Virus record (IMG/VR): IMGVR_UViG_3300029305_002265
DNA from: a virus
Lineage: Duplodnaviria; Heunggongvirae; Uroviricota; Caudoviricetes
DNA: 64,000 bases
Reading direction: 5' to 3' (one strand)
Both the position numbers and the translations under genes were made by a program. The notes under the pieces were generated by a model. That model saw nothing but the letters and a program-made list of their open reading frames with translations, did not search any database and had not been told where the DNA came from. Shown piece after piece: positions 7,152 to 18,035 of the stretch (within the stretch, counting starts at the first letter, position 1; each line of letters begins with the position of its first letter).

Positions 7152-8414
7152 ATGGCAAAAGCTATGGGCAAGAGTGCCCCTAAGAAGGCGATGACGACAA
7201 CTAAAGACCCAGTGCCGGAATATGTGTGTCCGCATTGTGGCAAGACTAAAAAGAAGTCAGAATTTTATGTATCTTCCGATCCAGCCGTATCTATTGGTGT
7301 AGCTTTCCCGTGTAAAGAGTGTGCGGAAAATATTGCTCGTAGATATGACCCCAAGACTGGTTCTTACTCCGATGTGACCGAAACATCTTTAAAAAATGCA
7401 CTTATGTATTTAGATAAGCCATTTTTAAAAACATTGTGGGATTCGGCATATAACGAGGTGCACGACGCATCATTGAAGCAACCAAAGCGTAATATGTGGG
7501 CAGCATATATTAAAAGTGTGCAGATGGTGAATTATAAGACGATGCGCTGGAGAGATGGAGATTTTGATGACATAAAGGTGAATGAGGAAATTCATTCCGA
7601 AACAACCACCCTACCACAAAACCAAGAAGTTCTTGAGGAGTGCGAAAAGAATCGTAAGGATGTTATTAGGTTAATTGGGTATGATCCTTTTGATAAAGAG
7701 GCGCCAGAAGACCAGCCTCTTCTATATGCTCAGCTGATCGGTTATATAGATGGCGACGGCAATAACGACGATATGACTCGTATTCTTGATTGCATAGAAA
7801 TGGTGCGTGGCTATTTACAAATGCAAAAAGTTAATGATATGGCAGCAAAGGCGTTTGCTAACTTGGCAAAGACTGGACAATCTGGCGAAATTAAAAATTA
7901 TATGGATACCAAGAAGAAACTAGCTGATGTTATTAGCCAATTAGCCGAACAGAGTTGTATTAGTCAAAAACATAATAAGAACTCAAAGAAGGGCGAAAAT
8001 ACTTGGACTGGTAAGATTAAGATGCTCAAGGATCTAAATCTTCGTGAAGCTGAAAACAATGGCTTTGATATTGGTACTTGTCGTGGAATGCAACAAGTGT
8101 TGGAGATTAGCGATGCTTCTATTATGAAGCAATTGGCTCTTGATGAATCTGAATGGTCAGATATGGTTGCCGAACAGCGTCAGAAGATTGTTTCGTTACA
8201 GTCTGAAAGAGATATATATAAAGAAATTAATAGAATACTTTTAAGAGAAAATATCGACCTCAGAGATACTTTATCTGAGAACGACCTACTTGATGAATCT
8301 AATTTGCAAAACCTTAAACAACTCTTCTCTGCTTTCTCGGATATAGAGAAAGATGATGAGGAAGACGAAGATTCGTTGGAAGATGCATCTAGTGAGGTGG
8401 ATGCCGATGAATAA
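7152..8414 (+). CDS. Zinc-finger protein upstream of TerL, possible terminase small-subunit equivalent
   Basis: CPHC...CKEC at the N-terminus; overlaps the TerL start. Function inferred from position only. Confidence 0.55.
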   Translation: MAKAMGKSAPKKAMTTTKDPVPEYVCPHCGKTKKKSEFYVSSDPAVSIGVAFPCKECAENIARRYDPKTGSYSDVTETSLKNALMYLDKPFLKTLWDSAYNEVHDASLKQPKRNMWAAYIKSVQMVNYKTMRWRDGDFDDIKVNEEIHSETTTLPQNQEVLEECEKNRKDVIRLIGYDPFDKEAPEDQPLLYAQLIGYIDGDGNNDDMTRILDCIEMVRGYLQMQKVNDMAAKAFANLAKTGQSGEIKNYMDTKKKLADVISQLAEQSCISQKHNKNSKKGENTWTGKIKMLKDLNLREAENNGFDIGTCRGMQQVLEISDASIMKQLALDESEWSDMVAEQRQKIVSLQSERDIYKEINRILLRENIDLRDTLSENDLLDESNLQNLKQLFSAFSDIEKDDEEDEDSLEDASSEVDADE

Positions 8415-10473
8415 TCTGAATTTTAATGATTATAAATTTAAAATTATAGAAAATATTGACGATGAAGACTTGCTAAGTATGTTCGATAGTGACAATGTCG
8501 TATATGTTAAACCTGGTATCTACGCAATGTCCACGAGAAAGCTTGAGGCTTTGATTAAAATTGCATATATACAAAAATATTATCAATGTAATCCAGTAAG
8601 ATTTATTGATAACTTTTTTAATATTGAGTTACTTGATGCACAGGCTTATATTGTTCAGAGAACTTGGAATTGCCCTAATGTTTTAGTGCTTGCGAGTCGT
8701 GGTTTTGGTAAGTCAACGGTAATCGACTTGATTCTTATGGCCAAAGATATGTTATTCTCTAATATATGGACATACATAGCTTCGGGTACCGGTGGACAGG
8801 CAGAGCAGACATTTACCAAACTTGAACAGATAGCAAACGACGGAATTGATGAGATGAAGGGTTCTACTGGATATATATTTAAAAATGAAGTCTCCATTAA
8901 TAATGCCGCCGGTGATGGATTTAGTCACGGAAGTAATGGATTTAAATACACACTTTATAACGGTTCGTTTACACAGACTCTTAACAGTAATATCGACGCT
9001 AAGAGAGGCGCCAGAGGTTCCGTAGTATTTGATGAGTGTGGTTTCTTGTCTGACGAAATGATTAACGTTTATGGCGCATTTGCAGCCGTTAACAAAAACT
9101 TTGCATTAGGTAAGGATAGAGATGGACACTCTATTGACCCCATTCGTTTAAGAACATTTGCAACCAATATACCGAACCAAAAATTTTATATTAGTTCGGC
9201 GTCTGATACTAGCACGAAATTCTATAGGCTTTATAGAGAGTTCTCTAAGAAGCAGATAATGGGCGATAGAGATTATTGTGTTATTCAGGTTGACTGCGAT
9301 GTAGTTCTTAACCCTACGATACACGGTGAAGCGGTTAACGCTCTTCTATCTCGTAGTACCATTGAATCCGAAATGCAGACTAACCCAGAGAAGGCACGTC
9401 GTGAGTACTATTGTCAGTTTACTTCTGATGCGGGTGCCGCAGCCATTATTAGGCGTGGTGTTATCGCTAGAAATAGTGAAACAAGAGTTCCTTTGCTTTA
9501 TAACGATACAAATGACAAGAAGTTTGTTATATGTTATGACCCTGCGCGTAGTCGAGATAATAGCGTTATCTTGATTATGGAAATTTATATGGATGTGGCT
9601 ACCAAGGAATATAAAGGCAGAATTGTCAACTGCGTTAACTTGGTTGATATAGGCAAAAAGAGAAAAACTCCTATGCAGACCCCAGACCAGATTCAGTATT
9701 TGAAAGAACTTATTCTTGCATATAATGGAGATGCTCCAGACTATGAAAATATTGAAGCTGTTATGATAGACGCCGGTTCTGGTGGAGGCGGCGTAAACAT
9801 TGCCGACTATTTAATGGAAGATTGGGTTGACGATAGAGGTAGAACTCATCGTGGCTTAATTGATAAAGAATATAGTGCAGATTATGTATCTAAATATCCC
9901 AATGCCATCGATAAGGTGAGACTAATGTCTCCTTCTCAATTCAAGTCAATGATGTGTGAGGCACTCATTGAAATGATGAATATGGATCTAATTAGTTTAA
10001 CAACTGATTATGACCATAAGGGATATTTAACTATATTTGAAACAGATGAAAAAGAGTTAAATAAAGAAAAGAAAAAGATTGAAGAAGAATTGAGAAAGCA
10101 AAGGGTGCCCGAGGATGAGATTCCCGTGAGGGCGCGAGAAATGCTCAAAGATGCTTCTTGTGTAAAAACCAAGATGGTTAAATTAGATCCTTATCAGGAA
10201 ATTGCACTGAGTAATATAGACGCTCTTAAAGAAGAGATGGTTAATATTGTTCGTAAAAAGCGTGATAGTGGTAAGGATTCTTTTGATTTAATACCAGAAA
10301 AACAAAATAAACTTCATGATGACCGTTTCTACTGTGCTTGTTTGGCCGCATATTGGCTATCTGAAAAGCGTAGAGAGAACATTACTTCTCGTAAGAAACT
10401 GGGAAATATGAAAGAAATACTTGATAAATTTGTAGTTTCTAATGGAAAACACATTGATAAAATTTTCGGATAG
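8407..10473 (+). CDS. terL: Terminase large subunit
   Basis: Walker A ASRGFGKS, Walker B VVFDE, nuclease-domain YDPARSRD and HDDRF. Start chosen behind the GAGGTG RBS. Confidence 0.92.
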   Translation: MNNLNFNDYKFKIIENIDDEDLLSMFDSDNVVYVKPGIYAMSTRKLEALIKIAYIQKYYQCNPVRFIDNFFNIELLDAQAYIVQRTWNCPNVLVLASRGFGKSTVIDLILMAKDMLFSNIWTYIASGTGGQAEQTFTKLEQIANDGIDEMKGSTGYIFKNEVSINNAAGDGFSHGSNGFKYTLYNGSFTQTLNSNIDAKRGARGSVVFDECGFLSDEMINVYGAFAAVNKNFALGKDRDGHSIDPIRLRTFATNIPNQKFYISSASDTSTKFYRLYREFSKKQIMGDRDYCVIQVDCDVVLNPTIHGEAVNALLSRSTIESEMQTNPEKARREYYCQFTSDAGAAAIIRRGVIARNSETRVPLLYNDTNDKKFVICYDPARSRDNSVILIMEIYMDVATKEYKGRIVNCVNLVDIGKKRKTPMQTPDQIQYLKELILAYNGDAPDYENIEAVMIDAGSGGGGVNIADYLMEDWVDDRGRTHRGLIDKEYSADYVSKYPNAIDKVRLMSPSQFKSMMCEALIEMMNMDLISLTTDYDHKGYLTIFETDEKELNKEKKKIEEELRKQRVPEDEIPVRAREMLKDASCVKTKMVKLDPYQEIALSNIDALKEEMVNIVRKKRDSGKDSFDLIPEKQNKLHDDRFYCACLAAYWLSEKRRENITSRKKLGNMKEILDKFVVSNGKHIDKIFG

Positions 10474-10491
10474 AAAGGATGGTGAAGTGCC

Positions 10492-12003
10492 GTGGAAACT
10501 AAAGAAAAAATTGCAAAATTAAAAGAAGATGAAAAGAGAACACAAATAAAGCAGTTCGCCGAAGAATTGAAGAATGTTTTACAATTGTTCAATCCAGAAA
10601 AAATTCCGAATAGAACAACTACAACATATAACAGGGAGACTCTTAGAACCTATCTAAGAAACCCTGCAACTGAATCAAACAATCAAAACTTGAGAAAGCT
10701 CAGTAATTATCTTTATACGATTTCCCATGTTTATCGTCGTATGATTAGATTTAAGGCGCACCAGATGAATTGTAAGGTTTGGAGTGCCTATCCTATTGTT
10801 AGTATGCTTGAAGAAAATGACGAAGAGTCTATTTTGAAGGAGTATGAGCGCGTCGTTAATATTGTGACAAATATGAACATGAAGTCTCAGATATTTAAGA
10901 TGAACCTTCTTGCTTGGAAGCATGGTGTATCATATGGATTTTGTTATGGAGATCCTGAGGGCGAAGGAAGTTTTTATATTCATCCTTTAGACCCCGATCG
11001 TTGCAAGGTGTCTTGTGCGTCGTTTGATAATGGTGTTTTAGGATTCCTGTTTGATATGTCCTACTTCAGAGGCAACGAAGACCAACTAGAGTATTATGAC
11101 GAGGTGTTTACAACCCTTTATAATGAATTCACAAGAGATAATATCAAGTGGAAGCAGCTTCCTATAGAAAGGACATACTGCGTCAAGGTAGACCTCGATA
11201 ATCTTGACTATTCCATTCCCCCACTTTCGGGATTGATGGAGCAGGTAATTTCTGTTACTGATTTACAGGCGGCCCAGGACGAGATAGACAACCTTTCTAA
11301 CTATAAGATGGTTTGGGGTAAACTTGATACTATTGCGGGCTCAAAGAATCCTGACGACTTTGCGGTTGATCTGGATTTGGCTCTTTCGTTTATGAGAAAG
11401 ATTAATGATGCTTTGCCCGAAAATGTTGCTTATGCCCTCTCTCCTCTTGATTTAGATGTCATTGAATTTAAAGACAACGACGCTAGTGATGTTAATGTCC
11501 TTAGCAAGGCTTATAGCAATCTTATTGAGGCAAACGGTTCTATCATTTTGAATTCAAATAAGATTACAAATAGTCAGTCGTTCAAGTTGGCGCTTAAGGC
11601 AGAGTGTGACGATGCTATGAGTTTAACTCCTCAGTTGAATGCATGGCTGAAATTCTATTTGAAATATAATCACAATGTCGAGACTGTGGCGGTCGAGTTC
11701 TCTGATGTTTCTCCCTACTTTATGGATGAGGAAATTGAGAAGATGACCAAGTTGGCAGGACTCGGATTGCCCGTTAAGACAAAGCTTGCGGCTTTGGCTG
11801 GAGCTAATCCTCAGGAGAGTTTCGGTATGGACTTCCTTGAAAGACAATTATTAAAGCTCGGTACTGAAAGATGGAATAATCCTCTCGTATCTTCCAATAC
11901 TCAAAGTGGTATTGGTAGTGAGGGTGGTGCTCCTACAAAATCTGAGGGAGGGCTGAGCGATGAGGGTCTTGAGGATAGAGACCAAAATAAGAATGACAAT
12001 TAA
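10492..12003 (+). CDS. Portal protein
   Basis: 503 aa directly after TerL; size and position typical. Confidence 0.75.
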   Translation: METKEKIAKLKEDEKRTQIKQFAEELKNVLQLFNPEKIPNRTTTTYNRETLRTYLRNPATESNNQNLRKLSNYLYTISHVYRRMIRFKAHQMNCKVWSAYPIVSMLEENDEESILKEYERVVNIVTNMNMKSQIFKMNLLAWKHGVSYGFCYGDPEGEGSFYIHPLDPDRCKVSCASFDNGVLGFLFDMSYFRGNEDQLEYYDEVFTTLYNEFTRDNIKWKQLPIERTYCVKVDLDNLDYSIPPLSGLMEQVISVTDLQAAQDEIDNLSNYKMVWGKLDTIAGSKNPDDFAVDLDLALSFMRKINDALPENVAYALSPLDLDVIEFKDNDASDVNVLSKAYSNLIEANGSIILNSNKITNSQSFKLALKAECDDAMSLTPQLNAWLKFYLKYNHNVETVAVEFSDVSPYFMDEEIEKMTKLAGLGLPVKTKLAALAGANPQESFGMDFLERQLLKLGTERWNNPLVSSNTQSGIGSEGGAPTKSEGGLSDEGLEDRDQNKNDN

Positions 12004-12017
12004 GGAGGTATGCCTTA

Positions 12018-12200
12018 ATGGATAAGAAGTTTATTAAAACTACCGATACTGAAACTGCGAACAAGTTGACCGCTTATGGTTTTAAACTTATTACGCACAT
12101 TGGCGACATATACACCTTTTTGAACGAAATGCCGACTAATTTTACTTTTGAGGTAATCGATAAGAAAAAGATTGTATATGATGATAAATTAAGTCTGTAA
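12018..12200 (+). CDS. Small hypothetical protein
   Basis: 60 aa, AAGGAGG RBS. Confidence 0.75.
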   Translation: MDKKFIKTTDTETANKLTAYGFKLITHIGDIYTFLNEMPTNFTFEVIDKKKIVYDDKLSL

Positions 12201-12252
12201 TCTCCTTTCGGAGTTACATATATTTACTATTTAAGAAAGGAGGATGATACGG

Positions 12253-13932
12253 ATGGCGAGAAAATTTTATACATTGGACGACCTTTATAATTTCTGTAAA
12301 GAAAATCGTTTTGAATTTTTTAGCGCAGAGAAGTTTGGTGCACCTTTGGTTGTACAGTCTTTTGGTACATTTGAGGCCGATAGCAAAAATTCCGACGGTT
12401 TAATGGATGTAAAACTTAAGTCTTGTCATACGGGTAAGAACGGGAATAAGTCTGGCATTACTGATGACAATATGAACAAGTACAAGTATACCTTTAAGGG
12501 CAGACCTATTCTTGGGGCCATTTACAAGACCGATACCGGAGAGTACGAATTCCGTGCTCACGATATGAAGGTTATTGATGATGGCGAAGATATTGAGTAT
12601 ATTGAGCAGCCCATTGGCGTAATCTCTCAGACCGAGGAACCTTATCTTGAGTATGATGCAGAAGAAGATAAAAACTACCTTATGGTTAGTGGTACAATCT
12701 TCTCTGACTATTCTAAGGCTGCAGAGATTCTTGAGAGACGCAGAACTTGTAAGTGCTCTGTGGAAATTGCCGTAGAGGAACTTAGTTATAACTGTGACGA
12801 GGATTATTTATCTATTGATAAATTCCGTTTCTCTGGCGTCACCATACTTGGATATGAGCAAGATGGTGTTACAGAAATTCAAGAAGGTATGAAGGGCAGT
12901 AAGATTACTATTGACGACTTTAGCGAAAAGAAGAATAGTATGTTTTCTGCTGATTGCCAAGACAAATTGATTGAGACGCTTGAAAAGCTCAATATGACGC
13001 TTGAAAGTTTCAATAATAAAAATCAGAATTCAGAGAAAGGAGGAGAAAAAGTTATGAACAAGTTTGAAGAATTGCTTGCTAAATATGGCAAGACTGCTGA
13101 CGAAGTAACTTTTGAGTACGAAAATCTCTCTGATGAAGAACTTGAAGTTGCTTTTAAGAAAGCGTTTGAAGAGGTTGAGGAAGAGACCGAGACTGTTGTT
13201 GAAGAGACGGTGGTCGAGGAAGAGGTTGAGACACCTGCCGAGGAACCCACAGGGGAAGATACTACTGATGAGCCCGAAGTAGTTGTTGTTGAAGAGGCCG
13301 CTGCAGACCCCGTAGAGGAAGTTGTTGCACAGCCCGAAGAGAAGTTTGTGCTTAAGTATGAGCTTAGCCACGATGATATTCGCTCTGCGCTTTATAATCT
13401 TTTAGGTGCAGAAAACGAGGACAATTACTACTATGCTTGGATTCTTGAGGTATATGATGATAAGTTTATTTATCAGGATTATCTCGAAGGCAAGTTCTAT
13501 AGACAGGATTATTCCAAGGATGGCGAAAATGTTGCTCTCGGCGGGAATAAGGTTGAAGTGTTCAACGAGTGGCTTTCTAAGGCAGAAAAGGATGCTCTTG
13601 ACGCATTGAAGGCAGACTATGAGTTGCTTACAGCATTTAAGCAATCGTATGATGAGGAACTTGACAGACGTCACAAGACCGAAATTCTCGATAAGGCAGA
13701 ATATGAGTGTCTTGCAGAAAATGTAGAGTTTGCACAGTTAAGAACTGATATGGACAAGTATTCCGTTGAGGAAATTTCCACTAAGGCAGATCTTATCTTC
13801 GCTGCGCATATGAAGTCTACTATGGAGTTCAGTGCAAAGGATGACGGCAAGAAGAAACCTAAGGTTCTTGGTTTTAGTGTAGACAACAAAAAGGAAAAGA
13901 AAAAGAAGGCTTATGGAAATCTTTTTGGTTAA
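12253..13932 (+). CDS. Prohead protease/scaffold fusion (YonD-like)
   Basis: N-terminal protease-like domain (CSVEI, FSGVTILG) and a long acidic, coiled-coil C-terminal half; lies between portal and capsid. Confidence 0.7.
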   Translation: MARKFYTLDDLYNFCKENRFEFFSAEKFGAPLVVQSFGTFEADSKNSDGLMDVKLKSCHTGKNGNKSGITDDNMNKYKYTFKGRPILGAIYKTDTGEYEFRAHDMKVIDDGEDIEYIEQPIGVISQTEEPYLEYDAEEDKNYLMVSGTIFSDYSKAAEILERRRTCKCSVEIAVEELSYNCDEDYLSIDKFRFSGVTILGYEQDGVTEIQEGMKGSKITIDDFSEKKNSMFSADCQDKLIETLEKLNMTLESFNNKNQNSEKGGEKVMNKFEELLAKYGKTADEVTFEYENLSDEELEVAFKKAFEEVEEETETVVEETVVEEEVETPAEEPTGEDTTDEPEVVVVEEAAADPVEEVVAQPEEKFVLKYELSHDDIRSALYNLLGAENEDNYYYAWILEVYDDKFIYQDYLEGKFYRQDYSKDGENVALGGNKVEVFNEWLSKAEKDALDALKADYELLTAFKQSYDEELDRRHKTEILDKAEYECLAENVEFAQLRTDMDKYSVEEISTKADLIFAAHMKSTMEFSAKDDGKKKPKVLGFSVDNKKEKKKKAYGNLFG

Positions 13933-13939
13933 TTACAAC

Positions 13940-13950
13940 ACAAAATGATT
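13940..13950 (+). promoter_or_regulatory. ACAAAATGATT motif copy
   Basis: Exact 11-mer ahead of the head decoration and capsid genes. Confidence 0.5.
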
Positions 13951-13955
13951 AAACT

Positions 13956-13979
13956 AAGAGTGTTAAAACACTCTTTTTT
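13956..13979 (+). terminator. Intrinsic terminator
   Basis: AAGAGTGT/ACACTCTT stem plus T run. Confidence 0.7.
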
Positions 13980-14024
13980 AATATCAAAAAACTAAAAATA
14001 AAATTTATTTAGGAGGAAAAACTT

Positions 14025-14495
14025 ATGGCACAGGATCTTATTAATAAGCACTGGGTCGCAGAAATTTCTAGAGTTTCTGCTGTTTATGGCACAGGTCATA
14101 TCCTCTCTGGTGAGATGGATAAGGACAGAGACAACGGCGAGATTGTTGCTGTTGGCGAGTACAAGGAAGGCGAGTACTACACTGTTGGTGACTTCGCTGG
14201 TGATTTTGAGGCAAAGGTAATTGAGATTGTTAATCACCCTGGTCGTACTATGGTTAGATTTGAACTTACCAAGGACTGCGAGGGCTACTTCGTTCACAAT
14301 CCCGAGACTATGCCCAACGATTTCTTGAAGGTATATCAGGATATCGCAAACTACTACAATGCAGAGGGCGACAGAGCAAGAATGTACCCTATGTATAAGC
14401 ACGATGTATTTACCGTATCTGTTGATGCATTTGGTGGCACTGTTCCTACTGTTGGACAGACCGTATCTTATGCTGACGGCTATACTGTTGCGTAA
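14025..14495 (+). CDS. Probable head decoration/cement protein
   Basis: 156 aa immediately upstream of the major capsid gene; highly biased codon usage. Confidence 0.6.
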   Translation: MAQDLINKHWVAEISRVSAVYGTGHILSGEMDKDRDNGEIVAVGEYKEGEYYTVGDFAGDFEAKVIEIVNHPGRTMVRFELTKDCEGYFVHNPETMPNDFLKVYQDIANYYNAEGDRARMYPMYKHDVFTVSVDAFGGTVPTVGQTVSYADGYTVA

Positions 14496-14518
14496 TTAAG
14501 TGAAAGGAGGAAATGATT

Positions 14519-15625
14519 ATGAAGAATTTAATGACTTTTAATACTACTGTTCAGAATGCATTCGATAACGATAATGAAAATCTCGTTTGCTTCAGAGAGC
14601 TCCTTTCCGACGCTGCTCGTGGTGAGGTAAAGGATCATTCCGCTAAGGAAGCTAATAAGAAGATTGTTGAGAAGTTCAGAGCCGCTCTTGGTATTGAGCC
14701 CACTGACAGACCTCAGGCAATCAAGCGCGCAATCCGCGCTAACAAGGATCTCGTATTCACTCTTATTGAGGAGACTATCGAGGAACTTATTATTACTGGT
14801 TGGATGGAGAATCCCTTCTTCATGCAGTTCGTTGAGGTAAAGAACCTCGCTCTTGGTGATGAGAACGACTTCTATGTTGAAGACGACGCAATCCTTAGCG
14901 TATCTAAGGTTTCTGGAAATCACCACAATATGATACGTCAGAGACTTGCAGGAGGCAGACACTTCTCCGTAGCTGGTGAGTGGTTCGGCCTTAAGATTTA
15001 CGCAGATTTTGAAAGAGTACTTACTGGTGCTGAGGACTGGGCATCCTTCGTTGCTAAGGTTGCTGAGGCTGTTAACCGTTATCTTTACGATGCTCTTTAT
15101 GCAGCTCTTAGAGGTGCTAAGGAGAACCTTGGTGCAAACTGGGTTAAGAACGGTGCGCTTGAGGCTACCAACAAGGCAACTCTTGTAAAGCTTTGCCAGG
15201 ATATTGCTTATGCAACTGGCTCCGAGGTTACTATCTTCGGTGCTCGTACTGCACTTTCTTCTCTTACTGCTATGGCTGATGTAAACTGGGCTCCTGAAAC
15301 TGTTAAGAAGGAGTACTACAACAATGGTGGCATCCTTGGTAACTGGGAGGGCTTTGCTGTTGCAGAAATCGGTCAGGGTCTTAAGAGAGGCGCTGGCATT
15401 AACAGTGCATCTGTTGAGTATCAGCTTGACACTGATAGACTTTACATTATTCCTACTAGCCTTGCGAACAAATTTATAAAACTTGTGAATTACGGTGAGA
15501 CTCAGATTTCTCAGGTTACCGACAGAGATGTTAACAGAGATATGAGCTACGAGTATGAATTACTCTACAAGATGGGTATCAACGTTATTCTTAACACCGT
15601 CTTTGGAGTATGGGAGATTGTATAA
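14519..15625 (+). CDS. Major capsid protein
   Basis: ~368 aa, strong codon bias, AAAGGAGG RBS, position in the head module. Confidence 0.8.
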   Translation: MKNLMTFNTTVQNAFDNDNENLVCFRELLSDAARGEVKDHSAKEANKKIVEKFRAALGIEPTDRPQAIKRAIRANKDLVFTLIEETIEELIITGWMENPFFMQFVEVKNLALGDENDFYVEDDAILSVSKVSGNHHNMIRQRLAGGRHFSVAGEWFGLKIYADFERVLTGAEDWASFVAKVAEAVNRYLYDALYAALRGAKENLGANWVKNGALEATNKATLVKLCQDIAYATGSEVTIFGARTALSSLTAMADVNWAPETVKKEYYNNGGILGNWEGFAVAEIGQGLKRGAGINSASVEYQLDTDRLYIIPTSLANKFIKLVNYGETQISQVTDRDVNRDMSYEYELLYKMGINVILNTVFGVWEIV

Positions 15626-15662
15626 TCTTTAATTAACATATAGACAAAAAGGAGAAAATATT

Positions 15663-16211
15663 ATGGCTAACACAAAAAAATCAACAGTCGAAACCGAAGA
15701 AATCATCGAGACCGAGACCGTAGAGGAGGTAAAGCCTACACCTAAGAAGGCTAACAAGGTTAAACATGACCCCAATGAGTATATTACTTGTAGAAGTGTT
15801 CGCTTTGGGGAGCTTATTCTTATTGGTCCCAAGACTAGAACTCCTTACAGATGGTCAAACGAGGGCGATATTGCAGAAGTGGAATATCAGGATCTTTTGT
15901 CCTGGAAGGCACAGCGCCACAAGTATCTCTTCGAGCCTATGATTATTATCGAGGACGAGGATATTGTAGAGGAGTGGAACGCAGACCTTGGTAAACTTTA
16001 TGCCGATCTTAAGGATATTGACGTTAAGGCGCTGTTCAAACTTCCTCATAGACAGTTCGTTGCACAGCTTAAGAAACTTCCTGCAGGTATGAAGACTACT
16101 GTTCAGAATATGGCTTACTCTATGATTCAGGACAGAACTCTTTATGACCTTAGAATTATCGACGCCATCGATGAAATTCTTGGTACTGAGTTGAAAATGA
16201 TGATTAACTAA
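15663..16211 (+). CDS. Hypothetical virion-module protein
   Basis: 182 aa after capsid; AAAGGAG RBS. Confidence 0.75.
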   Translation: MANTKKSTVETEEIIETETVEEVKPTPKKANKVKHDPNEYITCRSVRFGELILIGPKTRTPYRWSNEGDIAEVEYQDLLSWKAQRHKYLFEPMIIIEDEDIVEEWNADLGKLYADLKDIDVKALFKLPHRQFVAQLKKLPAGMKTTVQNMAYSMIQDRTLYDLRIIDAIDEILGTELKMMIN

Positions 16212-16229
16212 TATAGGGAGGTGTCTTAG

Positions 16230-16652
16230 ATGACTTCCTATGAAGTTCTTTATGATACGGCACTCTCAAAAATTTCTGATCCACAATTAGCAATGCTTCC
16301 CGAGGAGGATCTCGAACATATGCTATATGGCTGGATGAAGAGTGCCATCGCAAAACATCGTAAGTGTACTAGCGACTTGTCCGACAGAGATGAGGAGTTA
16401 AAGCAGTTTAATGCCGACCTGACCGATCTTGAAATTGAGATACTTGGTATCCTAATGGCAAGAGAATGGGTATCGGGTCAACTTTTGAGTGTAACCAATA
16501 CACTTCAGGTCTTTAGTGGCAAGGAAACAAATTACTACTCACAAGCCGCACATCTTAAGGAGTTGCAGGCATTAGACGAGAAACTTCGTCTTGAAGCCCA
16601 GCAACTTTCTCGCGACTACACTTATGCAAACAATGACTATTTCAATGATTGA
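16230..16652 (+). CDS. Probable head-tail adaptor
   Basis: 140-aa helical protein in the neck-gene position. Confidence 0.55.
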   Translation: MTSYEVLYDTALSKISDPQLAMLPEEDLEHMLYGWMKSAIAKHRKCTSDLSDRDEELKQFNADLTDLEIEILGILMAREWVSGQLLSVTNTLQVFSGKETNYYSQAAHLKELQALDEKLRLEAQQLSRDYTYANNDYFND

Positions 16653-16663
16653 GGTGCATTGCT

Positions 16664-16972
16664 ATGAGAAACGTTTATGAAAATGTACCGTCGAATCAAA
16701 TTGAAAAACAAAAGCGCTACTTCTATGGCGCAATCTTAGATGTCTTATATAAGTTCGAGGAAGGATATCCCTTCCTCGATAATAGGCTTCAAAACCTTAT
16801 TAATCAAGTCCAAGGGTCTAACGACCTTTTTGGCAATCAACCACAGGTTTTAACTATTTGTGCATTGCTTCAAACTGCACGAGAAGACCACAGTCAACTT
16901 CGCAGTTGTATTCTTAATGCAATTAATCTTGTTGATTCACTTAAAGGTGGTGATTACGATGCCAAAGTTTGA
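16664..16972 (+). CDS. Hypothetical protein
   Basis: 102 aa; GAGGTG RBS. Confidence 0.7.
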   Translation: MRNVYENVPSNQIEKQKRYFYGAILDVLYKFEEGYPFLDNRLQNLINQVQGSNDLFGNQPQVLTICALLQTAREDHSQLRSCILNAINLVDSLKGGDYDAKV

Positions 16973-18035
16973 ACATTATAGAAGTCGTATGGCTCATCAG
17001 GGCACTAATCAAAGTGAAATGCACCGTATGCAGTCCAACATGGTTATTGAGCAAACTTGGGATCGTGACCCGAATTATCGACGAGTTTATGTTGTCAAGG
17101 TGAGCAGTGGTTTGCCCGTAGTGACAGAACGACACGAACTCATTGATGTTAAGTTTAATGTTGAGACATATCAGAGACTTACTTCTGATGAACCAGCATA
17201 TCTTCTTCAATTTAGGCACGGGGCCGAGAAACGCAATTCAGACATTGCCATCGGCTCTTATGTTTATATGGAAGACGAGGATGGCGAGTGGAAGTGGTGG
17301 TTAATTGTTGCATTAGATGAGCGTCCACAGTTTAGACAGTATCATATTCTTGAAACCAACTGGACTCTTAGGTGGGTTGTGGATAATAAAATTCACACTT
17401 GTCTTGCAGTACAAAGGTATCAGAATAGTTATAGTTCTGGATTACAGTCTGGAAGTAGAATTACTGGAGTCGATGATATGACCGCTCTTTGGGTGCCCAC
17501 CAATACAAGTACTCAAACTATTGGTTATAACCAGAGATTCTTAATTTCTGATGTTGGAAGAATTCCGGCACTTTGTTATGAGGTATCGAAGATTTCCGAT
17601 ACATCTCCCATTGGTCTAATTAAGTTTAGCCTTGCGCAGACAACCTTCAATGAGGAAACCGATAATGTTGATCTGATGATTGCGGATTATTGGGCTTCTC
17701 ATATTGAACCTATGGAATCCGACGTCGAGACCGAACTTTCTGGCACAGCCGCAATTACATCTAGCGGCATCTCTGCTACCATTAAAGTTGGTGGTTCGTT
17801 TAAAACATTTACACCAGCTTTTAGTAATGAGGGTACTACCGTACAGTCGTGGCTTATTAGTGACGAGAATGGAGACATCTCCTCTGATACGGAAAATTAC
17901 ACCATCGAATATAGTGGCGAGCTACTTAAGATTAAGGTTGCGCAGAATTATAATCTGATAGGTCGTGTACTTATAATTCAGGTTGTGGGAACCGACGGCT
18001 CAACCGCCGAGCAGAGCGTGGAGGTGATTGGTTAA
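16959..18035 (+). CDS. Probable head-closure/neck protein with C-terminal Ig-like domain
   Basis: Start at ATG 16959 (MPKFEHYRSR) behind GGTGGTG; beta-rich C-terminus; neck position. Confidence 0.55.
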   Translation: MPKFEHYRSRMAHQGTNQSEMHRMQSNMVIEQTWDRDPNYRRVYVVKVSSGLPVVTERHELIDVKFNVETYQRLTSDEPAYLLQFRHGAEKRNSDIAIGSYVYMEDEDGEWKWWLIVALDERPQFRQYHILETNWTLRWVVDNKIHTCLAVQRYQNSYSSGLQSGSRITGVDDMTALWVPTNTSTQTIGYNQRFLISDVGRIPALCYEVSKISDTSPIGLIKFSLAQTTFNEETDNVDLMIADYWASHIEPMESDVETELSGTAAITSSGISATIKVGGSFKTFTPAFSNEGTTVQSWLISDENGDISSDTENYTIEYSGELLKIKVAQNYNLIGRVLIIQVVGTDGSTAEQSVEVIG

